From: a virus | Taxonomy: Duplodnaviria; Caudoviricetes | IMG/VR virus record: IMGVR_UViG_3300038379_000304 | Span: 1-39,231 of that record | Strand: one strand, 5' to 3' | Length of the DNA: 39,231 nucleotides | In this document: positions 31,946-39,231 of the stretch, piece after piece | Position numbering within the stretch: position 1 is the stretch's first letter | Layout: every line of letters begins with the position of its first letter | Notes under the pieces: model-generated | What the model was told of the DNA's origin: nothing | Databases searched by the model: none | The model's input: only the letters and a program-made list of their open reading frames with translations | Translations under genes and position numbers: made by a program

Positions 31946-33199
31946 ATGTACGAGATCAAGGCACTCAGGGAGAAGCGGGCGAAGCTTCACGAGGACGCGA
32001 AGGCGATCCTCAAGGCCGCCCAGGACGAGAAGCGCGAGCTGACGGCCGAGGAGGCGACGAAGGTCGACGCCATCTACGGGGACGTCGACAAGATCAAGGT
32101 CGACGTCGACCGCCTCGAGCGTTCGGCGGCCGAAGAGAAGGCGCTCGCCGAGTCGGCCGGCCGGAAGACCGAGTCGCGGATCGTCCCGCCCGACCAGCTC
32201 ACCCGCGCGGACTGGAACCGCATGTTCCGGGCGTGGGCCAGCTACGGGTCCCGCGCGGCGAACTCGGACGACATCGCGTTCGCGCGCAAGGTCGGCCTGA
32301 ACCCGGCCTCGCAGGAGCTCGACGTGCGCGCCCTGACCGTCACGACCGCCACGCAGGGCGGCAACACCGTCGCGGACGAGCCCATGCGCTCGTACTACGA
32401 GGTGCAGAAGTGGTACGGCGCCGTGCGCAACCTCGCCCAGGTCATCACGACCGAGACGGGCGGGGACCTGCCGGTGCCCACCATGAACGACACCTCGAAC
32501 ACGGGCGAGCTCGTGGCCGACTCCGGCGCCCACACCACGACCGCGGACCCGTCGATCGGCCAGGTCGTGATGAAGGCCTACAAGTACGGCTCGAAGGCCG
32601 TGCTGGTCAGCGTCGAGCTGCTGCAGGACGCCTCCTTCGACCTGGCGGCCTACCTCGGCAAGGCGCTCGGCACCCGCGTCGCCCGCATCAAGAACACGCA
32701 CTTCACGACCGGCGACAACTCCGGCAAGCCGCAGGGCTTCACCGTCGGGGGCAGCTCGGGCAAGACGGCCTCGGCCACGAACGCCTACACCTGGAGCGAG
32801 ATCAACGACCTGATGCACTCGGTCGACCCGGCCTACCGCCAGGCCCCCGGCATGGCCTTCATGTGCCACGACACGCAGATCGGGTACATCCGCAAGATGA
32901 ACTTCGGGTCGACGACCCTGCCGATCTGGGAGCCGTCGACGCAGCTCGGCGAGCCGGACCGGATCTTCAGCTACCCGGTGATCCCGAACAACGACATGTC
33001 GGCCGCGGTGACGACCGGCATCAAGGTCCTCGCCTTCGGCAACTTCCAGACCTACATGATCCGGGAGGTCGGAAGCCCCGTGTTCGTGCGGCTCAACGAG
33101 CTGTACGCGCTCAACGGGCAGGTCGCGTTCCTCGCGTTCGAGCGGGCGGACGGCCGCTGCCTCGACGCGACCGCGATCAAGTGGCTGAACCTGGCCTAG
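31946..33199 (+). CDS. HK97-fold major capsid protein with N-terminal delta (scaffold) domain (417 aa)
   Basis: Coiled-coil N-terminus, then QGGNTV, VSVELLQDA, TGD.SGKPQG, FGNF..Y.IR and R.DG motifs. GAGGAG RBS. Confidence 0.95.
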   Translation: MYEIKALREKRAKLHEDAKAILKAAQDEKRELTAEEATKVDAIYGDVDKIKVDVDRLERSAAEEKALAESAGRKTESRIVPPDQLTRADWNRMFRAWASYGSRAANSDDIAFARKVGLNPASQELDVRALTVTTATQGGNTVADEPMRSYYEVQKWYGAVRNLAQVITTETGGDLPVPTMNDTSNTGELVADSGAHTTTADPSIGQVVMKAYKYGSKAVLVSVELLQDASFDLAAYLGKALGTRVARIKNTHFTTGDNSGKPQGFTVGGSSGKTASATNAYTWSEINDLMHSVDPAYRQAPGMAFMCHDTQIGYIRKMNFGSTTLPIWEPSTQLGEPDRIFSYPVIPNNDMSAAVTTGIKVLAFGNFQTYMIREVGSPVFVRLNELYALNGQVAFLAFERADGRCLDATAIKWLNLA

Positions 33200-33206
33200 T
33201 AGCCAT

Positions 33207-33237
33207 CCGGGGGCGGCTCCACGTGGGCCGCCCCCGG
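33207..33237 (+). terminator. GC-rich hairpin after the capsid gene (attenuator or stability element; no U-tract)
   Basis: CCGGGGGCGGC / GCCGCCCCCGG form a perfect 11-bp stem. Confidence 0.55.
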
Positions 33238-33247
33238 GACCACTCCC

Positions 33248-33445
33248 ATGAAGGTCAGGGCACTCATCACGTTCGTGGACGGGCCCGCGTGCCAGGTCCG
33301 GCACGAGGGTGAGGTCTGGACGGTAGACCCAGCAGTCGGCTCGGGATGGCTCCGCGCCGGGTTCGTGGAGCGGATGGAGCCGGAGGTGCAGGCGGCGGTC
33401 CTCTCGGCTCCTGAGGCGGCCGTCACGAGGAAGGGGAAGCGGTGA
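33248..33445 (+). CDS. Small head-associated protein (65 aa)
   Basis: MKVRAL..F...GEV..V......W..AG.VE pattern, typical after a major capsid gene. Confidence 0.65.
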   Translation: MKVRALITFVDGPACQVRHEGEVWTVDPAVGSGWLRAGFVERMEPEVQAAVLSAPEAAVTRKGKR

Positions 33446-34098
33446 GCCTCTCCACCTATGCGCTGATCAGCCTGCAGGAGCTGAAGGACCACGTCGGCGC
33501 CGCCGGCACGGCGAAGGACGCGCAGCTCGAGGCGATCATCGAGCGCGTCACCGACGAGATCGAGGCCTTCATCGGCCGGCAGATCGTCACGCGCGGGACG
33601 CTAACCGAGTACCACACCATGCAGGCGCAGGGCTCGCCTGTGCAGACGCCGGACCTGCGCCCGCTGGAGTGGCCGATCATCTCGGTCACCTCGGTGCACG
33701 AGGACACGGCCACGCCGCGCACCTACGGCGCCTCGGCGCTCCTCGTGGCGGGGACCGGGTACGAGGTCGTGAAGCCCCGGGGCCTGATCCGCCGGCTCGA
33801 CGGCGGGGCCGGCATTCCTCGGGCCTGGTCCACCGGACACCGGGCCGTGAAGCTCGTCTACTCGGCCGGCTACGCCGACACGACGGCGGTGCCGCCGCGC
33901 ATCAAGAGCGTGGCGCTGCGCTACGCCGCTCTCGTGTGGGACGAGACGAAGCGCCAGGCGTTCGGCGTCTCCGGGGCCTCGGACGCCCTGGGGAACTACA
34001 CGCGCTTCGCCCCCGCGCAGCTCACCGACGACATGAAGGCGGCCCTCACGCCCGAGCGGCGCCTCACGGTCTGGGAGTCCGGGGAGCAGGACTCGTGA
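33442..34098 (+). CDS. Head-tail connector/adaptor (218 aa)
   Basis: LISLQELKDH.....D..L...I......IE.FIGR, WPIISVTSV and YSAGY....VP motifs. Confidence 0.85.
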   Translation: MSLSTYALISLQELKDHVGAAGTAKDAQLEAIIERVTDEIEAFIGRQIVTRGTLTEYHTMQAQGSPVQTPDLRPLEWPIISVTSVHEDTATPRTYGASALLVAGTGYEVVKPRGLIRRLDGGAGIPRAWSTGHRAVKLVYSAGYADTTAVPPRIKSVALRYAALVWDETKRQAFGVSGASDALGNYTRFAPAQLTDDMKAALTPERRLTVWESGEQDS

Positions 34099-34727
34099 GC
34101 GGGCCCGCGGTGACGATCGGCGAGGCGCTGAAGCGGTTCCAGACCTTCGAGCGGAAGGGGCTCCGCGAGGCCACGTCAACCGCGTTCTACCGCGCCCTCG
34201 ACGTCGGCCGCAAGCGCGCCCTCGCGGCCCTGCGCCGCACGCAGCTCGGCCAGATGGTCGAGCGCCGCGGCCAGGTGCAGCTCCAGCTCGGGCTCAAGAG
34301 CCGGTCGAAGCGGTGGCAGGGCGCCGGGGCCCTCGCGGGCCTCGCGGCGAGCACGATCCCGCTGATCGTCCGGCGGTCCGAGGTGACACCCGGGCACGCC
34401 GGCATCGGCCTGCGGGGCGGCCTCGAGACGATGGGCTTCGCCGCCCTCATCGAGACCGGCGGCCGGACGAAGAGCCACCAGATCAAGCGCATCCGGCTCG
34501 GCGGGTACTCCCGCAACCGCGGCGCCCGGGCGCGCCAGGTGCAGGGCCTGCCGCCCATGACGTTCCAGATCGGCGGGCGGTGGGTGTCGAAGCGGATCGT
34601 CACGCACCCGGGGTCCCGGGTGCCGCGGAACCCGTTCCTCTCCACCGGCGCCGCGGCGGCCGAGCAGGCGCTCCCGGCCGAGTTCGAGCGCGCGCTGCCG
34701 CGCGCCATCGAGAAGGCGGGGCTCTGA
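34095..34727 (+). CDS. HK97 gp10-like neck/tail completion protein (210 aa)
   Basis: Basic protein with A..IETG..T..H.I and V.HPG....NPFL motifs. Confidence 0.7.
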   Translation: MSGPAVTIGEALKRFQTFERKGLREATSTAFYRALDVGRKRALAALRRTQLGQMVERRGQVQLQLGLKSRSKRWQGAGALAGLAASTIPLIVRRSEVTPGHAGIGLRGGLETMGFAALIETGGRTKSHQIKRIRLGGYSRNRGARARQVQGLPPMTFQIGGRWVSKRIVTHPGSRVPRNPFLSTGAAAAEQALPAEFERALPRAIEKAGL

Positions 34728-34731
34728 GGCC

Positions 34732-35220
34732 ATGTCCGAATCCCTGCACTACCAGATCGCCGAGGCCCTCAAGGCCCGCCTCGCCTCCATCGTGGGCGAC
34801 AACGGCGCGACCTACTGGTACACGCCCGACCGCGTCGTCCGGGTGCAGTCGTACGACCGGGCCCTGGCGGACACGTCGCTCGGCATGATCTACGCGATCG
34901 TGGCCGGCGAGGAGCAGCACCGCGAGGAAGCCACCCAGGTGATCGCCGCCGAGGCCGAGTTCATCGTGCTGATGCTGCGGCCGACGCAGGCCGCGGACGA
35001 CGCTCCGTTCGGGGTCGACGAGAGCACGAAGGCCCGCGAGCAGGACCGCATGGTCCGGGACTTCCTGAAGGCGCTGTGGTCCGACGTGACCCTCGGGGGC
35101 CTGGCGAACAACGTCGTCGACGGCTCCCTGATCGTGGACCGCGCGGTCGACGTCGACGGCTGGGCCGTGGTCGAGGCCCGCTTCGCCGTCTCCTACAGCT
35201 ACCCGTCGGGGGCTCCGTGA
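34732..35220 (+). CDS. Tail terminator-like protein (162 aa)
   Basis: Position before the tail tube gene; I..AL.ARL..I and D.TLGGL motifs. Confidence 0.7.
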   Translation: MSESLHYQIAEALKARLASIVGDNGATYWYTPDRVVRVQSYDRALADTSLGMIYAIVAGEEQHREEATQVIAAEAEFIVLMLRPTQAADDAPFGVDESTKAREQDRMVRDFLKALWSDVTLGGLANNVVDGSLIVDRAVDVDGWAVVEARFAVSYSYPSGAP

Positions 35221-35239
35221 TGGCCCGCAGGAGGACGCG

Positions 35240-35407
35240 ATGAAGGTCGAGTGCAAGGTGAGCGGATACCACCCGGCGACGGGGCTCGACCTCGTCGAGG
35301 GCGAGATGGACGTCACGCCGGAGGCCGCCGCGCAGCTCGAGGCGAGCGGCTTCCTCGCGGCGCCGGTGAAGAAGACCCGGGCCACGAAGCCCGAGAAGGA
35401 GGAGTAG
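35240..35407 (+). CDS. Small hypothetical protein (55 aa; not in the supplied ORF track)
   Basis: AGGAGG RBS; translates as MKVECKVSGYHPATGLDLVEGEMDVTPEAAAQLEASGFLAAPVKKTRATKPEKEE. Confidence 0.65.
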   Translation: MKVECKVSGYHPATGLDLVEGEMDVTPEAAAQLEASGFLAAPVKKTRATKPEKEE

Positions 35408-35411
35408 CACT

Positions 35412-36482
35412 GTGGCCAGGGCCAAGGGCTTCCAGGGAATCGTCGGTCGGAAGAAGGGCGCGACGTGGAACACGGCCGTCGTGCCGGCGGCGGCGGACGG
35501 GATCGAGGTCATCTCCGTCGTCCCTTCCGGCGGGACCGACCTGATCGAGGACAACCAGATCACCGGGCGGGTCACGCAGCGCGAGGCGAGCGCCGGGCTC
35601 AAGAACCTCACCGTCGCGCTGCGCACCGGCCTGCGCTACGAGGGCAACGGCCTCGACATCGCGATGGTCCTGGGCACCGCCGGTGTCCCGACGACCGTCG
35701 ACACCACTGGCCGGAAGCACGTCTTCAAGATCAAGGACTTCCTCGACGGGCTCTTCACCACCCTCGCCTACGAGTCGATCAAGGACACGAAGGTCGAGGA
35801 GCTCACGTCGGTGAAGTGGAACAAGCTCACGCTCTCCGGCAAGGCCGGGGAGCGGGTCGAGATGGAGCTCTCGGGGATCGCCTCCAACTGGAAGGACGAC
35901 TCCGCGGCGAACACCACCACGACGATCGACTCGGTCACGATCACGGCCACGCGCGAGTACGCGCTCTTCCACCAGGCGCTCCTGTGGATCAACGCGCAGG
36001 GCGGCGCCGGCCTGGCCACCGGGGACCGGGTGAACCTCGCCGGCTTCGAGATCACCATCGAGCGCGGGATGGACGCCCGCTTCTCGACGGGCGGCGGGCA
36101 GGTCTGCGACGAGCCGATCGAGAACGGCTTCCTGAAGGTGAGCGGGAGCTTCGAGTTCCCCTTCCTCGACTCCGCGTCGCCCGAGGGCAACGCGCAGTTC
36201 CTCGCCGAGCAGATGGCCGCGACGGCGAAGAAGGCGCGCCTCGCCATCACCTCGCCCAACCTCGCGGGCTCCGCGACCGAGTACTACAGCCACGTTCTGT
36301 ACTTCCCCTCCCTGCAGTTCGGGCCGGCGAAGGTTGGCATCCCGGGGCCCGGTGGCCAGACGTGGAGCCTCCCCTTCGTGGCGTGGCACGTCACCGCGAT
36401 TCCGACGGGATTCCCGACGGGCTACGTCGACGCCGTCACCTGGGAGAACACGAACAAGATCGCGACCGACGTCCTGGCGTAG
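35412..36482 (+). CDS. Major tail tube protein (356 aa)
   Basis: Position, size and beta-rich pattern (HVF, L.VSGSFE); strong GGAGGAG RBS. Confidence 0.8.
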   Translation: MARAKGFQGIVGRKKGATWNTAVVPAAADGIEVISVVPSGGTDLIEDNQITGRVTQREASAGLKNLTVALRTGLRYEGNGLDIAMVLGTAGVPTTVDTTGRKHVFKIKDFLDGLFTTLAYESIKDTKVEELTSVKWNKLTLSGKAGERVEMELSGIASNWKDDSAANTTTTIDSVTITATREYALFHQALLWINAQGGAGLATGDRVNLAGFEITIERGMDARFSTGGGQVCDEPIENGFLKVSGSFEFPFLDSASPEGNAQFLAEQMAATAKKARLAITSPNLAGSATEYYSHVLYFPSLQFGPAKVGIPGPGGQTWSLPFVAWHVTAIPTGFPTGYVDAVTWENTNKIATDVLA

Positions 36483-36549
36483 ACGGAAACGCTCGGGGCG
36501 CGCGCGCCGGGAGGCAGCTCGGCAGCCCCATCTTGGAGGACGCAAGAGC

Positions 36550-37035
36550 ATGGGTCTGTTGAAGACGATCTACGGGGAGGCCGAGGCCGACCCCGGCACC
36601 TGGTTCGTGTGGCGGCAGGAGGGCGAGGAGAAGATCGAGTTCCTCGTCCGCCACATCCCGCCGGCCGAGCGGCGCCGCATCCAGACGAAGCACCTGGGGA
36701 AGAAGCGGAAGCTGCGGATCGGCGACCGCGGCGTCGAGCAGGACTACGAGCCCACCGCGCAGGAGGAGGCCACGCGCGAGATGGTCTCCTACTGCCTCCT
36801 CGACTCGCGCGGCTTCACGGCTCCGGTCGGCCCGCAGCTCGCCGCGAGCCTGTCGGAGGCCCTCGGCGAGAAGGTCGGCCAGGAGGTCACGCTCGACGGG
36901 CGCTGGTCGGCCGGCGTGAAGGACGCGATCCTGCGCTCCGGGATCGGCGCCGAGCTCATGGCGTGGGTCGACGAGAAGGCGACGGAACTCGTCGCGCAGG
37001 CGCGCGCGGAGGAGAAAGAGGCGTCGGGAAACTGA
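36550..37035 (+). CDS. Tail assembly chaperone (gpG analogue, 161 aa)
   Basis: Lies between the tail tube and TMP genes; ends TCG GGA AAC TGA. Confidence 0.8.
   Translation: MGLLKTIYGEAEADPGTWFVWRQEGEEKIEFLVRHIPPAERRRIQTKHLGKKRKLRIGDRGVEQDYEPTAQEEATREMVSYCLLDSRGFTAPVGPQLAASLSEALGEKVGQEVTLDGRWSAGVKDAILRSGIGAELMAWVDEKATELVAQARAEEKEASGN
37026..37032 (+). other. -1 programmed frameshift site G GGA AAC
   Basis: X XXY YYZ heptamer in the correct phase just before the stop. The -1 frame stays open to 37511. Confidence 0.85.
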
Positions 37036-37511
37036 CGGCCTGGGTGGCGTTCCGCCTGCGCTACCCAGGCATGAGCGAGGAGCGGTGCCGAGGCTGCAAG
37101 ATGCTTGGAGGCCACACGATCGAGACCGAGGTCGAGGCCCGCGCCTTCACGGCGGCGATGCGGGGCCACCCGGCCGTCTGGACCCCGCGCGACCTCGACC
37201 CGGCGCCGATCGCCGTTGGCGAGACGGTGGAGCTCGAGCCGTGCGTGGGGCCGTACTACCAGGCCGACTACGGGCGCCCGTGCCCGCGCGAGGAGCTCTG
37301 GCCCGAGAACGGCGGCGCGGCGGACATCATCTTCGCCGCCCTGCACGAGCACACCCGGGGGCTCCTGCCCGCCTACGTCGAGGCCCTCACGGCCGAGCTG
37401 CCGCCGGACGAGGCCCGCACGGTCGTGCTGCGGGCCTTCCGTGAGCTCCAGGGCCCGACCGTGACCGGCTGGCTCCGGGCCCAGCTCCAGCCGAAGGAGG
37501 CGAAGGCGTGA
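37032..37511 (+). CDS. gpT-analogue frameshift extension of the tail chaperone
   Basis: The -1 frame reads LTAWVAFRLRYPGMSEERCRGC...PCPREELWPEN... and its stop overlaps the TMP start. Confidence 0.75.
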   Translation: MTAWVAFRLRYPGMSEERCRGCKMLGGHTIETEVEARAFTAAMRGHPAVWTPRDLDPAPIAVGETVELEPCVGPYYQADYGRPCPREELWPENGGAADIIFAALHEHTRGLLPAYVEALTAELPPDEARTVVLRAFRELQGPTVTGWLRAQLQPKEAKA

Positions 37512-39231
37512 TCATCAAGATCCCGATCGAGGTGTCCTCGACAGGCTCCGGCTTGAAGTCGACGGTCTCCGGCCTCCAGGAAGTCGAGAAGGCGGCGAAG
37601 CGGGCCGAGGGCGCCGCGGCCGGGCTGGGCCGTGGAATCGAGGGCGGCACGAAGCGCATGGGCGCGTTCGCCGACTCGGTCGGCCGCACGTCGACGACGC
37701 TGGCCCGTTCGGCGGACGCCTTCGGGCTGCCGACCCAGGCGCTGCGGACGCTCGACGACGTGATGGACGTGGCCGAGCTCGGCCTCAACAACCTCTCGAA
37801 GGCGGGCGCCGGGTTCAACGCTGCAAGCATCGGCGTGGCCGGCGCTGGCTTGGCGATTGGGACGGCGATCGGGTCGTGGCTAAACACCTTTCCGGCCGTC
37901 CAAAAGGCGGCGGACAGCCTCTTCCACAGCATGTTCCGTTTCGTGGGGCTCGCGGGCCAGGTGGACAAGGCAGCGACGACGGGGCTGAAGGAGTTCTCCG
38001 CGTCGATGGGGGCGAAGCACGCCGAGGCCCTGCAGAAGCAGGTCGCGGCGATGCGCGAGCAGGGCAAGACCGGGAAGGACATCGCGAAGTTCTACGGGAG
38101 CAACCTCACCGAGGAGATGAAGACGCGGCTCGGCCTCACCGAGAAGGCCCTCAAGGCCGAGGAGGCGATCCTCAAGGCGAACCAGAAGCAGAAGGAAGAG
38201 CTCGCCGCAGTCAATGCGCTCTTCCGCAACGAGAAGAGCCTGACGGACCTCTACAAGGCGGGGACGTCCGTCTCGGCGAAGGACTTCAAGGCCATGCTGC
38301 CGGGGGTCGCGACGACCTTCACGCAGGGTACCCAGGTCGCGGCGCAGGGGCCGGACCTGTTCAAGTCGATCATGGGGGGCGGGATCGCGACGAGCCTGAA
38401 CCTCTCGTGGAGCAAGGAGCAGGAGCTCGGGAGGCAGGCGCGGGCCGCGGCCGACGAGGCGGCGGCGAAGAAGACGCAGGACCTCGTGAACATCTTCGGC
38501 ACGCTGTCCTCGCAGCTCACGAACCTCTCGCAGACGGTCGGGGGCTTCGCCGGGAAGCTGCTCAACGTGATGGCGTCGCTGTCCTCGGGCGCCGGCGGGA
38601 TCTTCTCGGGCGTCGAGGGCTGGAAGAAGTCCACCGGCGGCGGGGCGCTTGGCTTCCTCGGGAAGCTCTCGAGCGGGCTGGGGATCGTCGGCTCCGCGAT
38701 CGGCGCCGTCGGGGGCCTGGTCGGCGGGATCAAGAGCCTGTTCGGGGGCAAGTCGAAGGAGGAGAAGGCGGCCGAGGCGGCGGCGAAGCGCCAGGCCGAG
38801 GAGGACCGCAAGGCCGCGGCCGAGGCGGCGCGGCAGGCGAAGCTCGACGGCCTCAAGAGCGCCCAGGCGGCGGCCGAGAGCCTGATGGACCGGATGGGCA
38901 AGGGCGGGATGTCCGAGGGCCTCACGGCGGCGCTCGGGACCCTGGTCGGGAAGGTGCAGGAGGCGCTCCTCAAGAGCGGGCTCGGGTACATGGCGATGCC
39001 GGGCCTGCGCGACTCCCAGGCGTTCATGGGGGCGCAGGGGGCCGCGGGGGACGTCGCACAGCTCCTCGGAGGCATGCGGGCCGGGGGAGCCCTCGACTCG
39101 GGCCTCCTGGCGGCCGCAGGGGCCTCGGCGACCGAGCTGCAGGCCCAGGCGGTGGCGGCCGCGGAGGCCGCCGGCCTGGCGCCGGCCGAAGCCACCAAGG
39201 CCGGCTTCGGGGCGATCGCCCCGCTCCTGCG
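37508..39231 (+). CDS. Tape measure protein, N-terminal part (798 aa in total after joining to 1-776)
   Basis: GTG after AAGGAGG. Ala/Gly/Lys-rich helical frame, open to the window end. Missing from the ORF track because it has no stop inside the window. Confidence 0.88.
   Translation, partial: MIIKIPIEVSSTGSGLKSTVSGLQEVEKAAKRAEGAAAGLGRGIEGGTKRMGAFADSVGRTSTTLARSADAFGLPTQALRTLDDVMDVAELGLNNLSKAGAGFNAASIGVAGAGLAIGTAIGSWLNTFPAVQKAADSLFHSMFRFVGLAGQVDKAATTGLKEFSASMGAKHAEALQKQVAAMREQGKTGKDIAKFYGSNLTEEMKTRLGLTEKALKAEEAILKANQKQKEELAAVNALFRNEKSLTDLYKAGTSVSAKDFKAMLPGVATTFTQGTQVAAQGPDLFKSIMGGGIATSLNLSWSKEQELGRQARAAADEAAAKKTQDLVNIFGTLSSQLTNLSQTVGGFAGKLLNVMASLSSGAGGIFSGVEGWKKSTGGGALGFLGKLSSGLGIVGSAIGAVGGLVGGIKSLFGGKSKEEKAAEAAAKRQAEEDRKAAAEAARQAKLDGLKSAQAAAESLMDRMGKGGMSEGLTAALGTLVGKVQEALLKSGLGYMAMPGLRDSQAFMGAQGAAGDVAQLLGGMRAGGALDSGLLAAAGASATELQAQAVAAAEAAGLAPAEATKAGFGAIAPLL
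39129..39231. repeat. Terminal overlap, copy of 1-103
   Basis: Identical to the first 103 bases. Confidence 0.95.

Noticed and set aside
39129-39231. Biological direct terminal repeat
   Set aside because: It falls mid-gene in the TMP and looks like an assembly overlap. The HNH-TerS-TerL layout points instead to cos-type ends.

Overview
This window appears to be a complete, circularly assembled temperate siphovirus genome of about 39,128 bp. Bases 1-103 are identical to 39129-39231, and GC is high (roughly 70%+ by eye). Modules in order: end of the tail operon (1-5566); leftward integrase/excisionase block (5568-7438); divergent promoter switch with no recognisable CI repressor; early and replication genes (ParB-like, replication initiator with internal repeats, DUF559-like nuclease); lysis genes (SLT endolysin, membrane proteins, Cys-rich lipoprotein); a block of fibre-like structural genes upstream of HNH-TerS-TerL; a methyltransferase and glycosyltransferase between TerL and portal; an HK97-type head; and a tail operon with a G-GGA-AAC frameshift and a tape measure gene that wraps across the window ends. 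The standout locus is 15649-17254. A standalone Cas7/Csm3-like RAMP gene and a 147-aa partner gene are flanked on both sides by non-coding arrays of GGC-NN pentamers. A constant GGCGA-GGCA motif divides the arrays into mostly 54-nt units, and the variable information lies mainly in the NN dinucleotides. This looks like a minimal phage-encoded RNA-guided system with a non-contiguous guide code. From memory it matches the recently reported VIPR-type architecture, which I could not verify here.
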